Shown here: positions 26,994-37,169 of the stretch, piece by piece
Numbering within the stretch: position 1 is the first letter of the stretch
How the letters are laid out: each line of letters opens with the position of its first letter
Assembly (NCBI GenBank): GCA_030704615.1
Contig: CM060733.1
Coordinates: forward strand, 49,290,001 to 49,354,000
Direction of reading: 5' to 3'
Origin: Takakia lepidozioides
Lineage: Eukaryota > Plantae > Bryophyta
DNA length: 64,000 bases
Program-made: the position numbers and the translations under genes
The notes under the pieces: model-generated
Database searches by the model: none
What the model saw: the letters and a program-made list of their open reading frames with translations, nothing else
What the model was told of the DNA's origin: nothing

Positions 26994-29081
26994 ATGGCGG
27001 AAAACCCGAGCGCTACAGTGTACTGCCCTCCTCACGAGCATAGAGCTTCATTTCCGTGCAGAGGGGACACCTGCCGGGTGATGGAGAAATATTTGTGCGT
27101 TCGATACCACCTGAAACCGGGGTCGGTTTTTTTGGAGGAGGAAAGGAAGGACTCTAACGGCCTTGTTGTCGAGAGTATTGTTGTGCTCCACGATGATTTC
27201 GGCGATGGCAGGGAATGGCGAGTTCCACCATTGGACAGCGTCATATACAGGGCTGTTGGGGACTTCATTTGCCCGCCAAATGCACCTTCTATCCTGGCGC
27301 CTTCCACGAAACAATCCGCGAATCAGAGAGTGGCTACCTCAAAGAGAGAAGTCCGCAACGAAGTAAATCCAGAGCCGAACCCATCCATGCAGACGAGCCA
27401 GAACCGGGTTGTTCACAACCTGTCCGACTCAGACGAGGTCATGGAAGTTTCGAGGTCGTCTTGGAGATTAGGCAAGTCCTCAATGGACGTCAGTGGAGGA
27501 GGGAGTCATATTCCCAGCACGAGCACCGCAGTTCGATCTATTCTTGAAATTCTGCGAGGGCTTCACCTGGAGGGACACCGGTCGGAGCTGGCCGGGCTGG
27601 ACTACAGCAAGTTTGCAATTAAATCGGTTACATGCCTTCCCGCCGACGTCGACGGTAATATCTTCTTTGAGTTCCCTCCTCGGGCGGACTACTCGAGGGC
27701 GTCCGGAATGTTGACAGATATGGATAGAAAACATGACGGTCATCCTTGGTGCGTTACCAAAACCACCAGCATGAAGATGCTCGATGGTGTGCGGGTGCGC
27801 TACGTTGTTTGTGCGGGCGCGTTGCGGTGTTTCTCCCCAACTTGCTTCCACTTTAAATCAAGAGGTCACAGGAACGAGACTGATTGGACAGGCACAGCTC
27901 ATCAACCATTTCGAGCTCAGGAGAAGGTTCCGAACTCCACATTTAAGTGTGCGCATTGCAAAGAACCACCACACTGCATGTCTGTTTGTAATGCCAAGCA
28001 GTTCTATGTGTTGCACCGTTTCCCTGACCTCACCCGAGCTTGCATACACGTTGGTTCCCATTGTCACAAATTGGCGAGGGGGAACTCGCGGGAGGCTGCC
28101 CACGAAGCAGAGCAGCTCGTTCAGGAGGAGGTTAAGTTGAGACCGGGTGCCAAACCCAAACAGATACAGCTCCAAGCCGCCCATAAGATGGCATTGGCCA
28201 GAATTATGTCGGAAGACGGCTCCGATAGAGTTCCTCTCGACGAGAAGGAAATGGAGGCATTGCTGGAGTCGGTGTCCCACGTATGTTCACCGAATGTCCG
28301 AAACCACATTGTCTCATGCAAACAGAAAATTGGGCGTGGCTCGGATATGCACTCCATTCTGGAGGTGAAGCGACGATGTGGATATGACTACATTCATGGA
28401 AGTCGGTTTCCAGGACAAGGGACTGAGGCAGATCGTTGTTTCGTATTCAAAATGTCCACGTGTGGACGTGGCAGCGGCGTCGAACTGGTCGACAGGATGA
28501 CGAGTAGGAACTTGTCAAACAGTTGGGTCATGTTCGACCATATCAAGCGAATTACAAATCACCAGTGGGTGACAATGGGTGCACATGTCTACGACACCCA
28601 CTGCAGGATGCTAATGACAATTGCTATTTGTGAGATGAAAGGAGAGGACACACAATCGGAGATGCTTCTTTGGCAAGGAATAAACGAACAGATGGCCAAG
28701 GCGGGATTGCCCCCTCCGAATTTCCGTGGTTTCATGGCGGACAACGCACAAGCAAATTGGGCTGCTATCCGAAGGGTGTACGGGCAAGACCCCAATGTTC
28801 CCATGGAAGGCAATGAGAGATCTTGTGGGTTCCATTTTCTGCAGAGCCTTTCGCAGTACACAACCAGGCTCGTGGCGCCAGATTTCAGAGAGGAGCACAG
28901 TTCCATGTGCCTTGCGTGGAAGCGCGTTCCGACCTTGGATGATGCAGAGACACAGTTTGCATGCATACGGGCTTGGTGGACATCGTTAGGTGCTGTAAGG
29001 AAATCAGACGAGGGAACAATGGTCAGTTGGCTAGCATGGTGGCATTATCGTTTCCTCCAATTCGGCGACTATATGCGGGAG
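26994..29081 (+). CDS. MULE-type DDE transposase with GCM/WRKY-like zinc domain; C-terminus apparently missing
   Basis: HDGHPW..YVVCAGALRC..C..CAHC..C..IHVGSHCH zinc domain; catalytic-type motifs WVMFDH and FMADNA; CGFH (CxxH). After ...DYMRE a GT donor-like site at 29082 leads into repeat DNA. The ORF stays open to 29408 but no TN..ES-type third acidic motif is seen. Confidence 0.82.
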
Positions 29082-29928
29082 GTGATTTGCACGTCCAAAC
29101 ATGCTAAGTCCGAACTGGCTAAGTCCGAACATGCACTGGAAAAATGGCGCCGAATTACCTGTCATGAGGGGACCTATAGCCGCGGAATTCGGCACCATTT
29201 TTCGCCAGAGAGACCTATTACCGCGAAATACGTCGCCGTTTTCCAGATTACGGACCATATTACCGCGAAATTCGGCGCCATATTTGCACATGTCGCTGGG
29301 AATTGGCATGAGCGGAAGACGAAATATCATGAGCACAACTGTCAAAACTGCAATTTTCCCTTCAAGGGGCCGAATAATATATTTGTTTTTCCTGACACAT
29401 TGCATTAAATTATTGTTTTTTTATTGTTTTTTATTTTCAAAATTTGTACTTCTGCTCATGAAAACCGATTGTCTTACTACTCCGCTCATGCCGCTCATGC
29501 TCATGAAATAGCAAACCTCTCCTAAATCTGTGTCACCATTACAAAAGGGGATTTCCGACGTGTCACTGCTCAAGGGGGCTTCACATAAAGGGTCATGTTT
29601 ACCGCTGCCATTGGGCTGCTTGCATCATAGAAAAGATCACGCCAACACTGTTGGCACCGTGATCATAGGGCCAGGCTGTTGTATAGAAGTAGAACCGAGA
29701 GCAAGAACAATTCAAAAACTCCCCATCCATGTCTTCTCTTCCGCTGCGGCGTGGATGAGGATTCCGTAAACTCTGATCACGAACGAACCTGAAGGAAAAC
29801 CCATATAGCCGTGTGACGATGGTTGGACAGAGAAAGAACGCTCCTTTCCCTTGCTTGGACAATCAACTGGGGGGAGGGGAGGACCACAGCTTTAGGATTA
29901 ACCAGAAGGGGATTCACGCCCCTTCTTT

Positions 29929-29939
29929 TGGTATCAGAG
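29929..29939 (+). promoter_or_regulatory. tRNA-iMet primer-binding site of B2 (copy 1, truncated)
   Basis: TGGTATCAGAG directly after the LTR sequence ...CCCCTTCTTT. Confidence 0.85.
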
Positions 29940-29988
29940 TAATGTCACTCCCCTGCATTCACACTACATATGTAGTGTGTCTCCCTTT

Positions 29989-32900
29989 TTAAGTGTCAGG
30001 GTCCTCACTGACCACCTTCACTGGCTGACCACCCACTGGTGGTATGAATGGTTTCAAATCCCGCCTACTTCTTACCCATTCCTTGTTTGCCCCATCTCTT
30101 AGCCTGCATTTGCGTGCAGCTTCCCTTCCAGGATCATAAGGTACTCCCAACAGGTACATTGTGTTAATTCCCCTTCTGTTTCTGCTCCAGATATCTTGGA
30201 GAGGTCCGTTCATAATATTGTTTTTGATTGTCATGCCTTGGCCTTCAGCAAAGGGAAACCCCTCTCTACTCATAATCTTCATGGCCACTTCTGTCTGGCT
30301 GGTGCGAGCAGGGTTGTTCTCAAACTGACACCACCACCTGGTTTCCATGCAACTCATCATGCCAATTTCATGGCCTTCTTCCCTGGCCACAGTTTTCGTG
30401 CTCCATCCCTGAGCTTGCATCGTCGTCCAGCCTCTCTTGTTTAAGTGACAGCGTCCCGGCTGTCCATTTGTTCCGCCGGCCAGAGCAAATCCAATTTGTG
30501 ACAATGCCTTCTTCCTCTTCTTGTAGTTCATGCCAGGCAGGTCCTGATCTCCTTCCCACACAAACCAGCGTTTCCCAATTTTGTTGTTGCTCCCTGGCTC
30601 CTTGTTTTGAATCGCAGCTACCACTTGTGCTCCCATCGACACTCGCACCTTTCGTACTGCCTCATTTTCTGCATGCAGGTTGTCCTCAACAGCAGGCTGC
30701 AATTTCATTTGCATTGTTGGTGGCAAGTCATGGGCAACCCTCTGGTTACCATGCCTTCCTTCTTCCCTTTCAACCAGCCTGCCCTCTTTAAGAGATTCAG
30801 GGTGGTGTATGCCTTGCAAGTAGAAGTGATCGTGACATGGGTAGGCTTCATAGCCTCCCACATCAACTGCCCATCCATCTCCTGAGCCTGAATTTCACAA
30901 CCATGCTGGGCATATCCTGAAATCATTGCACTCCATGAGAGCAGATTGGGTGGCATACCTTCCTGCTCCATTTGTTCAAACAGTTGCAGGGTCTGTGCTT
31001 CAGAGCCATGCTGGGCATAACCTGCAATCATTACTCTCCATGACCCCACTTTTCTGTGAGACATATTGTCACACACTTGTTGTGCACCCTTCATGCTCCC
31101 ACGTTTGGCATACCTGTCAACAATGGCAGTCTCCATAATGATATCTGGTGCAATACCAGATTTGATACTGTCACCATGGACCTCTTCGCCTTTTACCAGG
31201 TCTGCCAGGTTCGCACATGCATTCAACACACACAGGAACGTCACCTGTTTGGGCTTCTCTCCTTCATTTCCAGCATCTGTAGAAAGCTCATTGCCTCTAT
31301 ATTGAATTACCTCTGCTGGTATATCTCTGACTCCTTCAGGTATGTCCACAGAAATTACACGCCAAAGGCAGCTCCCCAAACTTGCTCCCCTCTTGAGCTG
31401 GTGTCTTGGTGTGTATGCAGGTCCTTTCTCTGCCCATGTTTGCTTCCATCTTCCACCAGGGCCAGCCATTCTTTTACAACCTTGCTTCAGATTGCTGAGC
31501 TGCATATACCATATGTATTGGCAGCACAAAATCGTCATTAGCATGGCCTGCTCCAACCAGTTCTTCACTGTTTGCCATAGGCACCTGCAGCACATAATTA
31601 CCATCAAGATAGCATGTCGTATCCATGCCTTAGCACCCTTTCTCCGTCCTTGACACTTCGGTACACAGCTTGTGAACCTGAGTATGCTGCAGTCAGCAAT
31701 GAATGATCTCCTTGTGCCTTGCCACCACTTTTGACACCATTTGCCCTCTTTTCTTGGCGGATCTATTCCCGGAAGAACCTCCTCATTGTCATGCATCTTC
31801 TCTGTGTGACCCTCTTCCACATAATGCAAGCCTTCGCATGTCCAAACTCTCAGCTTCCACACATGGTTTTCGGCGCCTTTGCATGCCCTAATGACTTCTC
31901 CACTTTTCATGTCATCATGTGCAAGCTTAGGTGTTGTCAGGTCTCGATCTTTCAGGCTCCTTTTCACCACTTCTTCCATCACTGGAGTGATCTGTAAGCT
32001 CTTTCCTCTTAGACAGATTTCTTCTCCAATCTGCAGGGCCTCTCCCTTGCATGAATCCTCCAACACTTGATACTCCATGTTCCCTTCATCTCTCCCAACA
32101 TTTGTCAATGGTCCAACATCCAAAGAAGCTTCTATTTCCTCTTCTTTGTCCTGACTTAGGGTACCTGGTGTCCCCATGAACATGTCATTGACTGATGACG
32201 TACTCGACTCCAAAAGTAGCTGGAGCCGTTGCACATCTGCCTGAAGATGCTTGTTATCACCACGGAGCTTATCCACGCACTCTTATCCACGCACTCTTCT
32301 TTGGCCCCACTCAGCTCTCGGTCAGCTTTCTCGAGGGCCAACCGTAAATGTTGATTTTCCATGACTAGGTTCTCCACCTGGACTTCAGTTTCTCTCCGTA
32401 GGACTAGGGCAGCTACAACGTCATCTCGTGCATCTTTCACCTTTAATTCCTTCTCCACCAAGTCTGTTCTTAATCGAGATGCAACTTCTCTCAGCTCCCC
32501 AAGTATGTTTTGATCTAGGTGTGCATCTTGATCTATATCCTGTCTAGTTTGAGCAAGCAATGTACACTCTTCCTCCACCCATTCCATCAGATCTGTCCAA
32601 GACTCCTTGACATCTTCCTCTCTTATGACACTCACTTCACCGGTTGTACCACTATTGCTTGGGGAGTTGGTGGTATCATGCCCAAACTCCCCAGGTATGT
32701 CTTGCCCTACATGTGCCCTTGTATAAGACCTTGGGAACTGCACAAGAACTTGCAATCTAGGTGTACACTCTTCATTGACACCTGATTGATCCTCTATTGA
32801 ACAAAAGATGTCTTCCATGATCTCTCCTTCCTCATCACAAAACACATTCACAATGTTTGTGCCAAGAGAGCTTACACATTCGCACTCCATCCTTTTGCTG

Positions 32901-33535
32901 CTCTTCGATTCCCATTGTTCAAACATTCCACAGCATGAATCTTGCATTCCACATGTTCCCACTTGCAGCCCCAGCCGGTGATTCTTTTCACTTCGGATCT
33001 GATTCTGTCTTGATGGACATGCAGTGCAACACTCTACTTGCTGCCTTGTGCTGTTCAAGCTGAGAACTCGAGGAAGCATTGCATGGACTTCGCTGATTTG
33101 GTTCTTCTCCCTAAAGCACCTCCGTGACATGGTTTTGTGATCTGGTATAGGTTCATGATCAATAGAACTCACAGGTGTGAACCTGTTGTGAGTATCCTTC
33201 TCAATCAGAGACAATTTCTCTTCCATTCCTGTAGCATACTCTTCCACATTTGTATCTATCCCATCAAACTTCCTTGCTAACATCACTTTACTCTTACTTG
33301 ATTGACCTTCTTCTCCAAATTTCAAGATTATGGCTACTTGAAAATCATGCCAGTTCATGGACCTTGGTTTTGGCATTCGATGCCAAGTGTCAGCCCGTGC
33401 CTTGAGATTCAGCCTTGCCGATATAAATAACTTGTGCTCGTCAAAGCTCCGCCTCTCACCATCCCTTTTCAGATTCTGGATCCAGCTGCAAACATCCTCA
33501 TCCTTCTTTCAGTAAAATGGAATGTTAGTCACCAT
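29989..33535 (-). pseudogene. B2 polyprotein: Gag capsid-like, coiled coil, hydrophobic repeat, PLS-class PPR motifs, degenerate C-terminus; no RT/INT
   Basis: ATG at 33535 gives MVTNIPFY*KKDEDVCSWIQ..ARLNLKARADTWH..NWHDFQVAIILKF (gag-like). A 14-bp tandem duplication (32268-32295) explains the first frameshift. PPR motifs at ~31290-30770. A second frameshift lies near 30800 and the ORF stops at the PPT. Confidence 0.8.
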
Positions 33536-33600
33536 TGCTCGCAAATCACTCTCCTATCTTGCTACACTGAAAACCTACATCTCTCAGACAAGATCCAGCG

Positions 33601-33614
33601 TGGCTCTGATACCA
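33601..33614 (-). promoter_or_regulatory. tRNA-iMet primer-binding site of B2 (copy 2, in inverted segment)
   Basis: TGGTATCAGAGCCA, matching the plant initiator tRNA-Met 3' end, upstream of the gag-like ATG. Confidence 0.9.
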
Positions 33615-34120
33615 AAAGAAGGGGCGTGAATCCCCTTCTGCCTTCTCCTAAATCTGTGTCACCATTACAAAAGGGGATTTCCGACGTGTCACTGCTCAAG
33701 GGGGCTTCACATAAAGGGTCATGTTTACCGCTGCCATTGGGCTGCTTGCATCACAGAAAAGATCACGCCAACACTGTTGGCGCCATGATCATAGGGCCAG
33801 GCTGTTGTATAGAAGTAGAACCGAGAGCAAGAACAATTCAAAAACTCCCCATCCATGTCTTCTCTTCCGTTGCGGCGTGGATGAGGATTCCGTAAACTCT
33901 GATCACGAACGAACCTGAAGGAAAACCCATATAGCCGTGTGACGATGGTTGGACAGAGAAAGAACGCTCTTTTCCCTTGCTTGGACAATCAACTGGGGGG
34001 AGGGGAGGACCACAGCTTTAGGATTAACCAGAAGGGGATTCACGCCCCTTCTTTTCACACTACAGTACCCCACAGATCCCTTATAAGTGTCTAAGTCCCA
34101 GACAGTCCTCTAACAAGGGT

Positions 34121-35587
34121 GCATCAGGTGCAGCCCCAGCCAAGAAGAAACAATGATCAGGACCACTATGGTAGGTCTGGTGGTTATAACAATGGCATGG
34201 AAGGGAGAGGTAATTCAAGAGGAAATTACCAAGGAAATTCCAGAGGCAACTATTAGGGTAATCCAAGGGGGAATTACCAGCCCGGGAATCAGGATTACAG
34301 AAATAATCCAAGAGCAGACCAAGGGCGAGGACCCAATGGTGAAGAACTGTGTTACTATTGTAATCAGCCAGGACATCGCAAGGCAGCCTGTTCATTCTGG
34401 ATTAGACACCAGAATGAGATGAGAGCTCATGTGAATGGGGGCCCAGTGGTGGTAGCTCACATGGTTAGGCCATGTGTTGTACCAGAAGTAAGTACAATGA
34501 TAGTAACAAGAAGCAAAGCCAAACTAATACCTCCAGTAGTTGAGGAAGATGATGATAATGAAGGTGGCAGTGATATGCCTGAAGATGATGAGGCTTGGAG
34601 AGATGAGAAGGAACTGCACAAGGAAGTGGCAGATACCATAAGGGAAATGCAAAAGAGTACTGATATTCCTGTGGCAGATTCCTCTGATTCTGATGGAGAA
34701 GAAGAAGTGAGTGAGGATGAAAGGAAGAAAGAAGCTGCAGACATGCAAAGTAATGAAGGGACTTTGGCTGAAGTAATATGCCAGACCAAAGCAGAGATTA
34801 CCATTGGACAACTATTGGCTGTGGCACCTTATTGTAGGCACAGGCTGTATCAAGCAATCAATCGAATTGCCCAGGAGACAGGAAACACAGACCTGAACAG
34901 CAAGGTGACCAGTTATAATGTGAAGCCGGAAGGGCGAGAAACAGTCATGGACTTTGATGATTCTATGCCAGTAATCCAATTGAGAATTGGAAGCACAGAA
35001 CTAACTGATGTACTGATAGATGGAGGCTCTGGAGTAAATATCATGACAGACCAATTAAGAAAGAAGCTTGGCCTAAGTAACATGAAACCAGCCCCATTTA
35101 CAGTAACAATGGCAGATCAAAGAAATGTACAGCCATTGGATTAATAAGAGGAGTTAAGATACAGATACAGAAGATGATCTTTATGATCACAGTAACTGTG
35201 TTGAAGATGGATGAAGTCATGGAGGCTTACTCCTTATTATTGGGACCTCCGTGGCTGAAACAGGCCAGGGTATTCCATGACTGGAATTCTCAGTTACTAA
35301 CCGTGCATAATGGGATGCACGAGATACAAATTACCACAAAGAAATCTAGTAGATTACCTGCTACGAAAAGACCTCGAGGGGTCAGAGAGTATGACTGGAG
35401 AGGATGACTGGATGAGGAACAGGAAGCTACCCTGTTTGCGGCACACCCAGAGTGGGAGCAGGTTGCAGAGATGCGGCTGGAAGGCCTAAGTTGTTTAAGG
35501 GGTATCTGCTGTGGTGTAGTGTCAGCAACACCAATTGAAGAGGAAACCAGCAGTTACCCATCACATTTCTATGAAGAAAGAGAAGGA
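34121..35587 (+). pseudogene. gag-pol: A1 gag C-terminus (third knuckle) and protease
   Basis: Continues VHQVQPQPRR; contains CYYCNQPGHRKAAC and VLIDGGSGVNIM. Confidence 0.9.
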
Positions 35588-36559
35588 TGTTAGAGGACTG
35601 TGTGGGACTTAGACACTTATACGGGATCTGTGGGGTACCCTTAATTTTTGCACAGACTAAGACCAACAGGAGCCTTAGGGGTGACAGCACCGCACTTTAG
35701 AAGGGAGTTACACAGTCCGTCACAGTCAGTCACAGCCAACACAGCTCGTCACAGTCTGACACAGCCGACACAGCTCGTCACAGCCGACACAGCCCGTCAC
35801 AGCCAGTCACAGCCGTCACAGTCAGTCACAGCTCGACACAGTCGCACAGCCAGTCATAGCTTGACACAGCTGTCACGACCATAGGGAACGGATAGCAGGA
35901 CAGGGAACGACTGGGGGGAACAACATCTACGAATGGAACATGTTAGTACACTGATGACGGTTAGTGAGGAAAACGGTTAGAGCAACGGGTAGGAAGATAT
36001 AGCGAGGAGCGAGGACGGGAAAAAGATGACTTCTTGGGGGAATTCTGGGAGAGGGGGGAGAGATCACTTGGAGAGGGGACTTCGGACATCACGGGAGGAA
36101 AGGAGGAGAGAGCGCATCTCTGAGCGGAAGGAGAGAGAGAGCACAGAGTAGCAGGATGACGATCTGTTGATGCTTAATGAATGCACGCAGTAGGGTTGTA
36201 ATGTAGAGCAGATTAGAGACTCCATGGCTTCAGCCTGATACTTGATAGATATTAATCTGATACATACTTCATACTCACACTGTGTAGAGAGATCTGAGTG
36301 AAGCTGTGGAATGAATGGATGAGATGATGGAATCCGATAGATTGCTGAAGCAAACTGATATTTAATTACCAACAGAAAGGTAACCAGCTAACATGAATGC
36401 GGGAAGGAAAACAAAATAGGAAACAACCCCATGATACACTAGCTGTAGGTCATGACTGATTGTTCTGAGCGGGCTGAGTGCTTAGAGATTTCCAACTCTT
36501 CTATCTTGGAGTTCCCGCCTCGGATAGCGAAGGGATGGGTGAGTAAAAGCCGCGTGACA
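35588..36559 (+). repeat. 5' LTR of A3
   Basis: TGTTAGAGG...CGTGACA followed by the PBS. Confidence 0.92.
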
Positions 36560-37147
36560 TTTGGCGACCATACTGGGGAACTGGGTCATGAACAACCAGA
36601 TGTGACAGGCATCTGGTGGGATCATGGTGGTTGGAGAATTAAAGAATTTGATGTAAATCAAATTCCTTGTGAAACTGAGAAGGAAAGATTATCCAAACGA
36701 TTCTTTCAGAGGTTCTTGGAATGGCCAGACGGTTGTAAAGAAACCATTCTTAAGAGAGTGCATGATGCTGACCCTGAATGGGGTCTGGAGAAAGGAGTGA
36801 TAAAGATTTATCAGGTGGCCTGTAGAGGAAGAGCACGTTGGTTACCAACACTGGTTTATGTGATAGCATTGCTATCCATTAAGCGAGTAGAGTTTGAAGG
36901 CTGGGAGGAAAGAAAGGTGAATGTTTATACTCATATGCATGAAGAGCTTGTACTGGTAAAGAATTGGATTCCAAAGGATATTTTGTGGATCAAACTCACA
37001 CCAAGAACAACTTTCCAGACTTGTTTGCCATATGGTTATATGGTAACGGAGACTTCTAGTATAGCCAAGGGTGCATTGAAGCTAGAAAGAAACCCAGGCA
37101 TATACGAGAGATATTACAGAAGAGAGTTTTGGTTATTGCCACATTAA
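36452..37147 (+). CDS. Extra 5' ORF of family A (231 aa), unknown function
   Basis: Open frame from within the LTR through the PBS to 22 nt before the gag ATG (37170). Confidence 0.6.
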   Translation: MTDCSERAECLEISNSSILEFPPRIAKGWVSKSRVTFGDHTGELGHEQPDVTGIWWDHGGWRIKEFDVNQIPCETEKERLSKRFFQRFLEWPDGCKETILKRVHDADPEWGLEKGVIKIYQVACRGRARWLPTLVYVIALLSIKRVEFEGWEERKVNVYTHMHEELVLVKNWIPKDILWIKLTPRTTFQTCLPYGYMVTETSSIAKGALKLERNPGIYERYYRREFWLLPH

Positions 37148-37169
37148 AAAGAAATGAAAGACATGGGAC

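Larger units (their letters stand above)
23687..29519 (+). mobile_element. Mutator-like (MULE) DNA transposon with foldback-like internal arrays
   Basis: 9-bp TSD TCCTAAATC at 23678-23686 and 29520-29528; the empty site is seen at 7451-7459 (reverse complement) and ~33648-33656. TIRs: GGGGGCTGCTATTTCATGAGC on the left, GAGGTTTGCTATTTCATGAGC on the right (reverse complement). Contains a transposase ORF. Confidence 0.93.
21865..34064 (+). mobile_element. Family B non-autonomous LTR element (B2) with inverted internal region and partly deleted 3' LTR
   Basis: TGTAGT...ACTACA ends; 4-bp TSD GTAC at 21861-21864 and 34065-34068. 5' LTR 21865-29928 (contains the MULE), PBS 29929-29939, inverted segment 29940-33640, last ~425 bp of LTR 33641-34064. 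Confidence 0.88.
6757..34115 (-). mobile_element. Family A copy 2, full-length Ty3/Gypsy element nested antisense in A1 gag
   Basis: 5-bp TSD AGGGT at 6752-6756 and 34116-34120. 5' LTR is 34115-34065 plus 21864-20947. PBS at 20944-20927, then gag-PR-RT-RH-INT, extra 3' ORF, PPT, and 3' LTR 9992-9284 plus 7041-6757. Confidence 0.95.
3561..35587 (+). mobile_element. Ty3/Gypsy non-chromovirus LTR retrotransposon, family A copy 1 (outermost; 5' LTR, gag, protease; interrupted by A2, cut off by A3)
   Basis: LTR starts TGTTAGAGG at 3561 and ends CGCGACA at 4510, followed by a PBS. Gag breaks at 6756 and resumes exactly at 34121 after the duplicated AGGGT. Sequence continues to 35587, where A3 begins. 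Confidence 0.93.

Noticed and set aside
29989-30250. Chromodomain at the B2 ORF C-terminus
   Set aside because: Position and a few residues are suggestive, but the aromatic cage residues are not recognisable; left as degenerate.
21865-34064. DIRS/tyrosine-recombinase retroelement (internal copy of the terminal junction resembles an ICR)
   Set aside because: It has TG...CA ends, an iMet PBS, a PPT, a TSD and a solo LTR, and no recombinase or RT ORF. Better explained as an LTR element.
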